Shown in pieces: positions 25,540 through 35,203 of a stretch of DNA of 50,082 nt. The notes below the pieces were generated by a model. That model did not search any database and was not told the DNA's origin. It saw only the letters and a list, made by a program, of their open reading frames with translations. Position 1 is the first letter of the stretch; every line of letters starts with the position of its first letter. The stretch is from a virus (taxonomy: Duplodnaviria; Caudoviricetes): the IMG/VR virus record IMGVR_UViG_3300015370_000020, positions 1 to 50,082 of that record; one strand, written 5' to 3'. The translations under genes and the position numbers were made by a program.

Positions 25540-26589
25540 ATGGCAGCAACACTTGACGGACAGACCCTGACGCTCTCGGGCTTCGTCGGCGACAACTGGT
25601 GGGGCGAAGGATTCACCTATGACGAGGTGATGATCGCGCTTGCATCCGTGGAAGACGATTCCGAGCTTGTGGTCTTTATCAATTCGGGCGGCGGCTATGC
25701 CACAGACGGCGCTGCCATCCATGCGCTTCTCGCGCGGCGCACCGGCACAACCAATGTGGTTGTCGATGGTGTAGCGGCTTCCGCGGCGTCGCTGATCGCC
25801 ATGGCCGGGGAAAAAGTCACCATGTCGGCGGGCTCGATCATGATGATCCATGACCCGGCGGGTATTTCGTTCGGGACGTCAGCGGATCACCAGAAGGCCG
25901 TCGAGGCGCTTGAGGCGCTGGCCACCGCCTATGCGCGGGTTTACGCGGAGAAATCCGGCAAGACCTCGGAGGAGTGCCGGGAGATCATGAAAGCGGAAAG
26001 CTGGATGACGCCGGAGCAGGCGATCGCCGAAGGCTTTGCCGACGCCGCAAATGACAACGCGGCGCCCGCCGTCGCTGCATTCGATTACCGCGCCTATGCC
26101 CATGCGCCGGACCAACTCCGGGCGGTGGCAAGCGCCAATGGATGGAGCCTGAAACAGGCCTCACGAAAACCGCCGACGGCATCCGCCCCGGCTCCAACCG
26201 GTCACCAGAAGGAGAAACCCATCATGACCGACAAGACCAAGGCGGATACCCAGCCCGCCAATATCGAGGAAGCAACCGCAACGGCTGCTCGGGAGGCCGT
26301 CAAGGCGGACCGCGAGCGTCATGCCGCCATCATGGCGCTTGACGAGGCAAAGGGCCGTGAGCAACTCGCCGCGCATCTGCATGCAACGACTGAAATGTCG
26401 GTTGACGAGGTCAAGGCGGCTCTCGCCGTCGCGCCGGCCATTTCCGCGGAAGAAAAACCGTCGGCAGCCGCCTATGACAAGGCGCGCGCCGCAGCCGGCG
26501 CCGGCCTTGCTACCCCGGCTGACAGGGACAAGGCCGAGAGCGGCCTTTCCAAGCTGATTACCGCAAGGGTCGAGCGCAAGCGCGCCTGA
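25540..26589 (+). CDS. ClpP-type prohead protease with C-terminal scaffold
   Basis: INSGGG, DGVAASAAS, MMIHDP and ESWMTPEQAIAEGFAD motifs; Ala-rich C-terminus. Confidence 0.92.
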   Translation: MAATLDGQTLTLSGFVGDNWWGEGFTYDEVMIALASVEDDSELVVFINSGGGYATDGAAIHALLARRTGTTNVVVDGVAASAASLIAMAGEKVTMSAGSIMMIHDPAGISFGTSADHQKAVEALEALATAYARVYAEKSGKTSEECREIMKAESWMTPEQAIAEGFADAANDNAAPAVAAFDYRAYAHAPDQLRAVASANGWSLKQASRKPPTASAPAPTGHQKEKPIMTDKTKADTQPANIEEATATAAREAVKADRERHAAIMALDEAKGREQLAAHLHATTEMSVDEVKAALAVAPAISAEEKPSAAAYDKARAAAGAGLATPADRDKAESGLSKLITARVERKRA

Positions 26590-26665
26590 CGCGAGTCCAC
26601 CCCACAACGCTATCGCTCGCATCGCCCGCAATCGGGCCTGACGCGGGACACAAGGAGACACGTCC

Positions 26666-27367
26666 ATGATGCCGTATTATTCCAATACCGCGCCAAAGCG
26701 CGAGAGCCAGCTTGTCAAGCTGGAGTTCGATCCGCAGTATTGCCGCGAGTCCTACATCCTCAAGGCTGGCTCCGGCGCTGTGCGCTCGGTTGTTCTTGGC
26801 ACGCCGCTTGCCACGGTGATTGACGGAGACAACGTCACGATCGCCGCGGCTGCTGTCGCCGGTGGTACCGGCAACGGTACGCTGACACTTGCCGCGGCGC
26901 CAGCATTCACGGCCTCAGTCAAGGAAGGCCGCTATGTGGTCACCTGCTCGACGGGCGGCGCGGACGGAACATCCAAGTTCCGGGTCGAAGGTCCGGACGG
27001 CAAGGCTGTCGGTACCGCGACCGGCGGTGCTGCGTTCGCCAAGGAGGTCAAGTTCACCATTGCCGGTGGCGGCACCGCCTTTGTCGAAGGTGACGCCTTT
27101 ACCATCGATGTCGACATCGATCAGTCGGCGGCTGGCAACGAGCGCATTGCCTGGGTGCCAGGCGCAGCCGATGACACCGGCGTCATTACCGGTCTTTCGC
27201 TGCGCGACACCACGGCGCCTGACGGTGAAACCGCGCAGGGTCTGTCGCTCGATCGCGGCCCGGCCATCGTATCGGTGGCCGATATCGCTTGGCCTGACGG
27301 TATCAGCGCCGCGAACAAGGCCAAGGGCATCGAAATGCTCAAGGGGCTCGGAATCATCCAGCGCTGA
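26666..27367 (+). CDS. Head decoration protein (gpD-like, with inserted Gly-rich beta domain)
   Basis: YCRE...GTPL...IAWPDGIS...LKGLGII; between protease and capsid genes. Confidence 0.8.
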   Translation: MMPYYSNTAPKRESQLVKLEFDPQYCRESYILKAGSGAVRSVVLGTPLATVIDGDNVTIAAAAVAGGTGNGTLTLAAAPAFTASVKEGRYVVTCSTGGADGTSKFRVEGPDGKAVGTATGGAAFAKEVKFTIAGGGTAFVEGDAFTIDVDIDQSAAGNERIAWVPGAADDTGVITGLSLRDTTAPDGETAQGLSLDRGPAIVSVADIAWPDGISAANKAKGIEMLKGLGIIQR

Positions 27368-27458
27368 CGTGCACAATTCGGCGCGGCTGTAGCCGCGCTG
27401 TCTCCATTCATCCACTCGACCATGCGCAGGCAAGGCCCGCGTCACCAGGAGATTATCC

Positions 27459-28499
27459 ATGTTCGACTATCTTTACACCAGCACGGACCTGACCCAGGAG
27501 GTCAACCGTCTGCCGAACGAATTCGGCCTGATCAATGCACTCGGACTTTTCCCCATTGAAACGATCGGTTCGCGGTTCGTCCGCGTCGACTACAGGAACG
27601 GACAGATCCATGTTCTTTCCGCCGAGGAACCCGGTTCGCCAGGCGCAGTCGGAGGTGGTGAGGAAGAGGGCGGCGTCATCCTGCAGATCCCGCATTTTCC
27701 GCATCTTGAAAAGATTGCGGTCGGCGATGTCGACGGCTTGCTTCAGGTGTTCAACGGCCAGGTCGACCAGCGTTCGGTGGACCGCGAGACCGCCAGGAAG
27801 CTCGACATCATTCGCCGCAATCATTCGATCACGCTCGAATATATCCGGCTGGGCGCGCTCAACGGCCTGATCAAGGACGGCAAGGGCAAGACGCTCTACA
27901 ATCTCTACACCGTCTTCGGCATCACCAAGAAGGAAGTTGATTTCGTCCTTGGCACGTCGGGAACGGATGTTCGCGCCAAGTGCGAGGAGGTTGTCGACCA
28001 TACGATGACCAAGCTGCAGGGCGAGACCACAAGCGGCGTCGAGGCGGTGGTCGATTCGCTGTTCTTCAACAAGCTGATCACCCACGCCAACGTCGAGAAG
28101 TTCTGGCTCAACGCGCAGAATTCGAGCGAGCACAAGATGCTCAACCGCGAAAGCCGGGCTGGGAACTGGGGCCGGGTGTTCGAGTTTGGCGACATCATCT
28201 TCCGCGAATACAAGGGCGGCCTTCCGGTTCGCTCGACGGCGGGCGCGATCACCACCGCGAAGAACGTTGCCGACAATTCCGGCACGGCCTATCCGACCGG
28301 TACCCAGTCGATGATGCGCACCTTCGAAGCCCCGGTCTACCATATCGACCTGACCAACCAGGCGCCCGATGCGGACACGATCTACATTTCGGTCGAACCG
28401 CTGAAGCACGGCCAGGGGGTGGAGATGCTGTCGCAGACCAACCGGCTTGCGGTCAACAAGCAGCCGGAATGCGCAGTGCAAATCCTGACATCGAACTGA
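27459..28499 (+). CDS. Major capsid protein (lambda gpE family)
   Basis: LTQEVNRLP, IPHFP, TLEYIRLGALNG and FEFGDIIFREY motifs. Confidence 0.92.
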   Translation: MFDYLYTSTDLTQEVNRLPNEFGLINALGLFPIETIGSRFVRVDYRNGQIHVLSAEEPGSPGAVGGGEEEGGVILQIPHFPHLEKIAVGDVDGLLQVFNGQVDQRSVDRETARKLDIIRRNHSITLEYIRLGALNGLIKDGKGKTLYNLYTVFGITKKEVDFVLGTSGTDVRAKCEEVVDHTMTKLQGETTSGVEAVVDSLFFNKLITHANVEKFWLNAQNSSEHKMLNRESRAGNWGRVFEFGDIIFREYKGGLPVRSTAGAITTAKNVADNSGTAYPTGTQSMMRTFEAPVYHIDLTNQAPDADTIYISVEPLKHGQGVEMLSQTNRLAVNKQPECAVQILTSN

Positions 28500-28509
28500 C
28501 CCCAGGGCG

Positions 28510-28902
28510 ATGAGCAACTGGACCGATATGGAGCGCCGCCTCGAGACAGACGCGGCGGCGCTCTTCGACACCGTGGAGGTGCAGGCATTTGCGCGCAAGG
28601 GTGGCGCGACCGTCAATCACCGCCGGGAAGACGATCCGGCCCGGGCGAGCTTTCCGTTTTCGGGATCGATCGAATTCAACCCGCCGCCGCTGCGCAATGA
28701 GAAGTTCATGCAGGCAGGAAAGACCGGGCAATCCAATGTTGCATTCGACGCGGTGATTACCGCGCATGATGATGGATCGTGGTTGTGGCTGCCAAAAAGG
28801 GGCGACCACCTGGTGGCCGATACAGTGACCTATGAGATCGCCGACATTCACCGCGACGGCTCCTCCCGGCGCGTTTTCTACATCAACAAGGCGAAGCCAT
28901 GA
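28510..28902 (+). CDS. Head-tail joining protein (FII-like)
   Basis: PKRGD...TYEIADIHRDG pattern; position after capsid. Confidence 0.6.
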   Translation: MSNWTDMERRLETDAAALFDTVEVQAFARKGGATVNHRREDDPARASFPFSGSIEFNPPPLRNEKFMQAGKTGQSNVAFDAVITAHDDGSWLWLPKRGDHLVADTVTYEIADIHRDGSSRRVFYINKAKP

Positions 28903-29618
28903 CGCTGACCGCTGAAGCCGTGCGACTGGCGGCCATGGAAGTGCTGCGGCCGACGGGTGCGACAGACGCATTCCCGACGCTTGCCGGCGCCATGGTGTTT
29001 GACAGCAAACAGGCCAGTGTCGCGGATCTCGACAATTTCGCATCGGGTGATCTGCCGTACATTCCGGTGCTGGCGCTCTATACCGAGGATTCGACAGTCG
29101 AAACGCGCGGCGCTGCTGCAGATGTGAACGACAATTACTGCCAGATGACGCTGGAGATTGTCGGCGAACTGGCCGTGATTGCCCGTGACGAAGATCTCGA
29201 TGCTGATTATGTCGATGCGGTAGCGGGCACCGATCCGGAGGCGCGGCTGGTGCTGTCGGCGATGATGGCCCAGGTGCGCAAGGAGTTGCTTTATTCCGAG
29301 CGCGGGTATCTTTTTCGCCGGATCGCGACGCATTGCGGCAAGATCGAACAGCAGAGCCATACCGTACCGGAGCTGGGATTGCGGTTCCAGCGTGAGTTCA
29401 TGCGCATGACGCTGACCATCGCCGACGATGAATTGAGCGACGAGGGCGGGCTGACCGGGCGAATCAAGACACTGTTCGACGCCCTGCCAGAGGGATCCTA
29501 CGCCAAGGCGAAACTGACCGTGCTTGCGGGGCACATGGCCGGCGAGACCCGCACTGACCTGACTGAAATCACCGTCGATCCCGGTGCGGGTCCGGCGGCT
29601 GGCACAACACTGGAGTGA
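28899..29618 (+). CDS. Putative tail terminator/neck protein
   Basis: VFDS...PVLALYTED; position before sheath. Confidence 0.55.
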   Translation: MTLTAEAVRLAAMEVLRPTGATDAFPTLAGAMVFDSKQASVADLDNFASGDLPYIPVLALYTEDSTVETRGAAADVNDNYCQMTLEIVGELAVIARDEDLDADYVDAVAGTDPEARLVLSAMMAQVRKELLYSERGYLFRRIATHCGKIEQQSHTVPELGLRFQREFMRMTLTIADDELSDEGGLTGRIKTLFDALPEGSYAKAKLTVLAGHMAGETRTDLTEITVDPGAGPAAGTTLE

Positions 29619-29839
29619 CAACCATGAAACGCTACAAACCCGCCGAGGGCGCGCCGGTGTTGCGCACCGCGGAAGGCGAAGCCTTCCCGGCCGATGGCAA
29701 GATGATCGACCCGGCCCGCCGCTACTATGCGCGGATGATCGGCGAGGGGGCGCTTGAACTTGTGCCCGACACGACACCCAAACCCGAAACCGACAAACCG
29801 GCGGCCGTTGCCGCATCCAAAAAGGAGTCGCGGAAATGA
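29615..29839 (+). CDS. DUF2635-like small protein (Mu-type)
   Basis: KPAEG..L....G..FPADG......YY.R....G.L directly before sheath. Confidence 0.65.
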   Translation: MTTMKRYKPAEGAPVLRTAEGEAFPADGKMIDPARRYYARMIGEGALELVPDTTPKPETDKPAAVAASKKESRK

Positions 29840-31317
29840 ATGTCCCCGCAAATCTCGTTGCACCCCTGTTCGCGTTCTCGGTCGAGAGCGGCGGGCAGTT
29901 TGAAGACCTGGCGCCGGTGATCCTTTACGGTCACAAGACGTCCGGCGGTTCGATGTCGGACAATGTCAAGACCTCCTGCGCCACGCGCAGCCAGGCCCGC
30001 GCTCTCGCAGGCAAGGGATCGATGCTCGAGCAGATGGTGACTGTGTTTCGCAAGAACGCGCCGACGCATCCGCTTTACATCGTCTCGATCGCCCCGAGCG
30101 GAACGGCGGAAACCCGAACCATCACCGTGGGCACCGTGCCGGCAGGCGGCGGCACCGGCATGATCAACATCATGGGCGAGCTCGTCTCGATCTCGATCGC
30201 GGCGGGCGACAGCGCCAACACTGTGGCCGCGGCGATCAACGCGGCGATCAATGCTTATGACAACCCGCAGTCCGGTCACGCGCTGCCCTACACCTCGACG
30301 GTGGCGACCAACGTGGTGACGATCACCGCGCGTCACCTGGGCGCCTATGCGGCGGAAATCGGCGTCAGCGTTCCGCTGCTCGATGGCACCAACGCTCTGA
30401 CCGGCGTGCTGACCATTGCGGAGGGAACGGCGGGCGCCGGCACGCCTGACACTTCGACGGCGAACGCGGCGATCGAGGAGGATGACTGGTCGTTCCTGGT
30501 CTCGGCGTTCGGCGACGCGACCAATGTGGGCAAGTACGACACGCTGCTTTCGGAAGTGTCGGGCCGGTGGAGCTATGCCAACCAGAAGTTCGGCATCGCC
30601 TATTATCCGAAGCGCGACAGCCAGTCGAACCTGATCTCCTACGGCGAGGGCAAGGATACCTGGAAGCTTTGCGCGGTTCCGACTTTCACATCCGGCGGGC
30701 ATTCCGAGCCTGGCTATCTGTGGGTGGCGGCGATGATCGGGCGCGTGGCGCCGTGGCTTGCGGGTGGCGCGACCGGCGACGTGAACCGCAACCAGACCGG
30801 CCTTGTGGTCGAAGGCATCAGCGCGCCGTCGGACGGGGCTTACTGGCCGGATCTTGCGACCCGCAACGCATTCCTCGCTTCCGGGCTCTCGTCCTGGAGC
30901 GTCAACGGCAACGGAAGGGTGGCGGTCGACAAGATCATCACCCATGCCCGCACCACGGCAGGCGTGCCTGACACCACGTTCCGCGACATCCAGAAGCCGC
31001 ATGCGCTGATGTATTCGCTGCGCTACATGCTGGCGCAGCTGGCGTTCGAGCATTCCAACAAGGTGATTGCCGACGACAACCCCGGCAATGTTGCTTCGGT
31101 TTCGACGCCTAAGGACATCGAGGCCACCTGCTACCATGCCTATGTGGATCTTGAGCTGCGCGGGGTTCTGGAGAACTCGGCCACAGCACTCAAGGATCTC
31201 ACGGTCACCCGCAACGGTGACAATCCGAACCGGGTTGATGCGGTGGTGCCGATGGACTTCACCAATCCGCTCGACATCTTCTCGGGCCTCGCGCGCGTCT
31301 ACTCCCAGTTTCGCTGA
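29836..31317 (+). CDS. Tail sheath protein (Mu gpL-like)
   Basis: VPANLVAPLF, GKGSML..M, VTITARHLG and NPNRVD motifs. Confidence 0.92.
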   Translation: MNVPANLVAPLFAFSVESGGQFEDLAPVILYGHKTSGGSMSDNVKTSCATRSQARALAGKGSMLEQMVTVFRKNAPTHPLYIVSIAPSGTAETRTITVGTVPAGGGTGMINIMGELVSISIAAGDSANTVAAAINAAINAYDNPQSGHALPYTSTVATNVVTITARHLGAYAAEIGVSVPLLDGTNALTGVLTIAEGTAGAGTPDTSTANAAIEEDDWSFLVSAFGDATNVGKYDTLLSEVSGRWSYANQKFGIAYYPKRDSQSNLISYGEGKDTWKLCAVPTFTSGGHSEPGYLWVAAMIGRVAPWLAGGATGDVNRNQTGLVVEGISAPSDGAYWPDLATRNAFLASGLSSWSVNGNGRVAVDKIITHARTTAGVPDTTFRDIQKPHALMYSLRYMLAQLAFEHSNKVIADDNPGNVASVSTPKDIEATCYHAYVDLELRGVLENSATALKDLTVTRNGDNPNRVDAVVPMDFTNPLDIFSGLARVYSQFR

Positions 31318-31379
31318 CCGAACTTGAGCCGGGCGCGACAGCGCCCCGTTGACCCGATTCCAAACAAAGGATCCTGAAA

Positions 31380-31751
31380 ATGGCTGGTAAAGATTATGGC
31401 GGTCAGATCCGCCTTCGGCTTTCGAACGGCGAAACCTTTTCGCTGCGTGGCACCATGACGCTGATGACGGCCGGCCGTTCCGTCGAGGCTGTCGTGAACC
31501 AGGACCGGTCGACCGACCGGGTTTCGACGCTGACGCCCTATGCCTTCGAAATGTCGTTTGCCGACAAGGGGCAGAACATGCAGGCGCTGATGACAGCGGA
31601 CCGCTTCGATGCGACGTTCATTGAGGACGACGCCGGCGTGTCGCACTATTACACGCGCGCCTTCTTCACCGGAGAGCCTTCGATCAATCGCATGAACGGC
31701 GAAGTCACCGGCATGTCGGGCGCAGCTGAAACCTACGTCCGGAAGGGCTGA
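31380..31751 (+). CDS. Tail tube protein (Mu gpM-like)
   Basis: 123 aa directly after the sheath gene. Confidence 0.75.
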   Translation: MAGKDYGGQIRLRLSNGETFSLRGTMTLMTAGRSVEAVVNQDRSTDRVSTLTPYAFEMSFADKGQNMQALMTADRFDATFIEDDAGVSHYYTRAFFTGEPSINRMNGEVTGMSGAAETYVRKG

Positions 31752-31754
31752 TCG

Positions 31755-32093
31755 ATGTCCGGTGAAAAGACCGTCCGGCTGTCGCGTCGCTATGAGGCGC
31801 ACGGCCGGGCCTTCGACAGCCTCACCTTCCGTGAGCCGAAAATGGCGGATTTTGAGGCGATCGGCGAGATTGCCGAGTATCAGCCGGCCCCTGAAGGCGG
31901 AATGCTGATCATAAATCATGACGATCGGGTGTGGAGATACCGCGACCGGTTGCTCAAACGCGGAGACGATTTGCCGTCGGCTGCGGATCTTGGCGACCTC
32001 GATCTGGCGGACGCGATTGCCGTGAAAGAGGCGATCAGCGGTTTTTTTACCCAGGCGAGGGCAAAGCCGTCCGCCAGGCTACCGACCTCCTGA
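31755..32093 (+). CDS. Tail assembly chaperone; probable -1 frameshift extension to 32194
   Basis: LTFREPK..D and LDLAD motifs; T-TTT-TTT slippery site at 32042-32048. Confidence 0.85.
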   Translation: MSGEKTVRLSRRYEAHGRAFDSLTFREPKMADFEAIGEIAEYQPAPEGGMLIINHDDRVWRYRDRLLKRGDDLPSAADLGDLDLADAIAVKEAISGFFTQARAKPSARLPTS

Positions 32094-32190
32094 TCTTCAG
32101 GTTCGGTTTTTCTTTTGAAAGTGTGATGGCGATGACGCCATCGCAGTGTCTCTCCTGGGCCGTTCGCGGTCTTGAATCCGGAAGCAATCC

Positions 32191-34131
32191 ATGAGCAACC
32201 GCACGATTGAAGCCATTGTCCGGCTGTCGGCGAAGCTTGGGCCTATGGCCGCTTTTGGCCAGTTGGGCAACAAGCTCGCGGACGTGAACCGGAAGGCCGC
32301 AGCGGTCAACAGAACCCAAACGATGATCGCCAAGAGCTCAACTGCGGCAACGGCGGCGCTGATGCGTTATGCAGCGCCTGCGGCGGTAGCCTATGGTGCT
32401 GTATCGGCTGGCCGGGCCTTCGCGACGATCGAGAGGCGTTTGGAGCGCATTGGTATCAACGCCGACGCCAGTTCGGCTCAGATGCAGACGGCATTCCAAC
32501 AGATGCGCACGATCGCCGATGATGTGAAAGCGCCAGTTGAGAATGTTGTCTCCGGACTGGAATCGCTCATCGCCTCCGGCAAGTCCCTCGATGAGGCGAT
32601 GTCGCTTCTTCCGAAAGTCGCAGCCGCCGCACAAGCTTCGGATTCCGAATTTGCTGCGATGGCGACGACTGCTGACGCCATCACAAGCTCATTCGGGATC
32701 GCGGCCGACCAAATGGGTGGAGCGTTCGACATCATCGCCAAGGCGGGCAAGGCCGGAAAGTTCGAGATGAAGGACATGGCGGCAGAGCTTCCGTCGCTTG
32801 CTCCGGCCTTCGCGGCGCTGGGCTATAAGGGTGAGGAAGGGCTGAAGAGGCTTGCGGCTGCGCTGCAGGTTGTGCGGATGGAAACCGGCACATCGGGTGA
32901 GGCGGCGACATCCTTTATGGATGTGCTCACGAAAATGAACTCGGTTACCGTGTCGAACAATTTCAAGAAGCAGTTTGGCATGGATATTCGCCGGGAAATG
33001 GAGAAGGCCAAGAAGACTGGTGAAGACACGCTTCTGGCTTTTATCCGTTTGTCGAAAGAGGCCATCGACGGGGACCTGTCGAAGATTCCTCTGTTGTTTA
33101 CTGACAAGCAGATGCAGATCGCAATGCGTGCGCTGATCAATCGCACCGGCGAATTCACCGGTCAACTTGGGGCGCTCGGCAATGCGGCGGGTACGGTACA
33201 GGGCGACATCGACCGTCTCGCCACCAATACCCAGGCGAGCATCGACAAGATGGCCAACTCCTGGGATCGCTTGTACACGAGCATCGGCGGCACGATCGCG
33301 CCAGCGGTAAGCGCCGGATTCGATGCGATTTCCAATACGATCGAAAATCAGGCCGCAATGGATCGCGGCTTTGCAAAGATGGGCATGGGGTTCTTTGAAA
33401 GCCGCTTCTGGTCGATGATGAATGCAGGTAATCCGGAGGCGCTGAAAAGCGTTTTCTGGCTGGGTGGCGGAAGAACCGAAGACGACAAGAAGAAGATTGC
33501 CGGCTACCGGCAGTATGCCGATGGCCGCATCGGTGCAGATACCCCGAACCTGCCAGATGGTGTTTCCTATCAGGAAAGGGGTTTGCCTGAGACTGGCCCA
33601 GTGATCCGGACGCGGGATGGAAAGCTGATCTCTGTTTCAGAAACCGCTGCCGCATCTGTGCCGGTGCCGGCGGTCCGGCCATCTGAATTTGAAATGGCGT
33701 TGGCCGCCCAGGACGCGGCTCGCGAGGCGGCGCGGCAGGCTGCTCCTCGAATCTATGCGCCGTTCGCGGCTGGCGCGAGCCCAAGGGATGCGGAGCGGGC
33801 ATCAATGCTGGCTTTGCGCTCTGATCCAAATGGCGTTGCAGATGCGATAGACGAGGGTGCAGCAGAGCGATTTCGGATCGCCATGAAGCAATCAGGAACA
33901 GACCTGGCCCAGGGCGGCAAGGATGCGGCTGAAGCGGTCAGGGCGTCCGGCGATGACATCGCGCGGGGCGGCTACGACGCTGCGGCGGCGATCCGCGATG
34001 CCGGTGCGTCGATCGCTTCTCAGATCCGGGAGGCGATCAGCGGCGCATTTGGGTCGGGTTCATCTGCGCCCGTTTCCGGCAATCGCGGTCGCACCATGCC
34101 GCAGGCCGGGCAGGCCGGAAGGGCGCAATAG
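32191..34131 (+). CDS. Tape measure protein
   Basis: Ala-rich helical; AGKAGKFEMKDMA and AATS motifs. Confidence 0.9.
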   Translation: MSNRTIEAIVRLSAKLGPMAAFGQLGNKLADVNRKAAAVNRTQTMIAKSSTAATAALMRYAAPAAVAYGAVSAGRAFATIERRLERIGINADASSAQMQTAFQQMRTIADDVKAPVENVVSGLESLIASGKSLDEAMSLLPKVAAAAQASDSEFAAMATTADAITSSFGIAADQMGGAFDIIAKAGKAGKFEMKDMAAELPSLAPAFAALGYKGEEGLKRLAAALQVVRMETGTSGEAATSFMDVLTKMNSVTVSNNFKKQFGMDIRREMEKAKKTGEDTLLAFIRLSKEAIDGDLSKIPLLFTDKQMQIAMRALINRTGEFTGQLGALGNAAGTVQGDIDRLATNTQASIDKMANSWDRLYTSIGGTIAPAVSAGFDAISNTIENQAAMDRGFAKMGMGFFESRFWSMMNAGNPEALKSVFWLGGGRTEDDKKKIAGYRQYADGRIGADTPNLPDGVSYQERGLPETGPVIRTRDGKLISVSETAAASVPVPAVRPSEFEMALAAQDAAREAARQAAPRIYAPFAAGASPRDAERASMLALRSDPNGVADAIDEGAAERFRIAMKQSGTDLAQGGKDAAEAVRASGDDIARGGYDAAAAIRDAGASIASQIREAISGAFGSGSSAPVSGNRGRTMPQAGQAGRAQ

Positions 34132-34133
34132 AG

Positions 34134-34601
34134 ATGGCAATGCGGGACTGGTCAAAGACATTGCGACGGGCGTCGTTCCGTGGCATTCCGTTCTGGGTCG
34201 ACGCGGAAGAGCCGGAGGTGGGCCGCCGCGTGGTGGCGCATGAGATTTCCGGCGGCGAAGCCTCGTTGACCGAGGATATGGGCGCCAGGACGAAGACTAT
34301 CTTTGTCGAGGCCTATGTGGCGGGCGACCTGGCAGACGTGGCCGGCCATGCGCTGGAGCGGGCCTGCGGTGCGCCCGGCGCATCGCTGCTGATCCTGCCG
34401 ATGGATGCGGGCGAGGCGGCGCATTGCCTGTCCTGCTCGCGCAACCGGCGCAAGGACAGGAACGGCTTCATCGCCTATCGGCTGGAATTCATGCGGGCAG
34501 GTGGTGGCGTATCGTTTGCTGCCAGCGGGCTCGGACAGCTGCGCGCGGCGTTCGATGCGGGCGTTGCCGCAGTGTCAGCGCTGATCGCGGCGCAGTTGTG
34601 A
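34134..34601 (+). CDS. DNA circularisation protein, N-terminal domain (Mu gpN-like)
   Basis: LRRASFRGIPFWV...GRRVVAHE...EDMG. Confidence 0.88.
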   Translation: MAMRDWSKTLRRASFRGIPFWVDAEEPEVGRRVVAHEISGGEASLTEDMGARTKTIFVEAYVAGDLADVAGHALERACGAPGASLLILPMDAGEAAHCLSCSRNRRKDRNGFIAYRLEFMRAGGGVSFAASGLGQLRAAFDAGVAAVSALIAAQL

Positions 34602-34606
34602 TCGGG

Positions 34607-35203
34607 ATGAAGATGGAACAGGTTCTGACCATTCTTTCCGGGCTGTCGCGGGAGCTCATTCTCGATACCGACGACCTGGCGAGCGTGGACGCGCTGGCCG
34701 TGGCGGCGCAGGCGGGCGGAGACAGTGGTGTTGGGGCGCTGATGCAGCTGGCACGGCTGACCGGTGAGGCGGCTGCCGACGCCAATGCCGTGCCCGATGC
34801 GGTTGACCGGGTGCAGGACGAAACCCCGCTGTGGCGGCTCGTTGCCCTGGTGGTGGTCTGCTTTGCCGTGGTGCGCGCAGACTATCCGTCGCGGCATGAT
34901 GCACAGGCGGCAAGGAGCGCGGTCAGCGCCCGGGCGGACATTGTGTTTGGTGAGGCCGGCATCTACGGGTCCGAGGCGATTGCCTGGCTGGTGTCGATGG
35001 CAGGTGTCGCCACGCTGTACCTGTCGCGGACCGCGGCGGAACGGGCTCCGGCGGTGCGGGTGGAGTCTGGCGTGTCGCTGCCTTCGACGCTGCTGGCCTA
35101 TGATCTGTATGGCGATGCCGGTCGGGCTCACGAGCTTGTCGATCGGAACCGGGTGGCCACATCGCTGGTCATGCCGGTCAGCTTCGAAGCGGTGGCGCCG
35201 TGA
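34607..35203 (+). CDS. DNA circularisation protein, C-terminal part
   Basis: SLPSTLLAYDLYGDAGRAHELVDRN matches the gpN C-terminal motif. Confidence 0.75.
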   Translation: MKMEQVLTILSGLSRELILDTDDLASVDALAVAAQAGGDSGVGALMQLARLTGEAAADANAVPDAVDRVQDETPLWRLVALVVVCFAVVRADYPSRHDAQAARSAVSARADIVFGEAGIYGSEAIAWLVSMAGVATLYLSRTAAERAPAVRVESGVSLPSTLLAYDLYGDAGRAHELVDRNRVATSLVMPVSFEAVAP

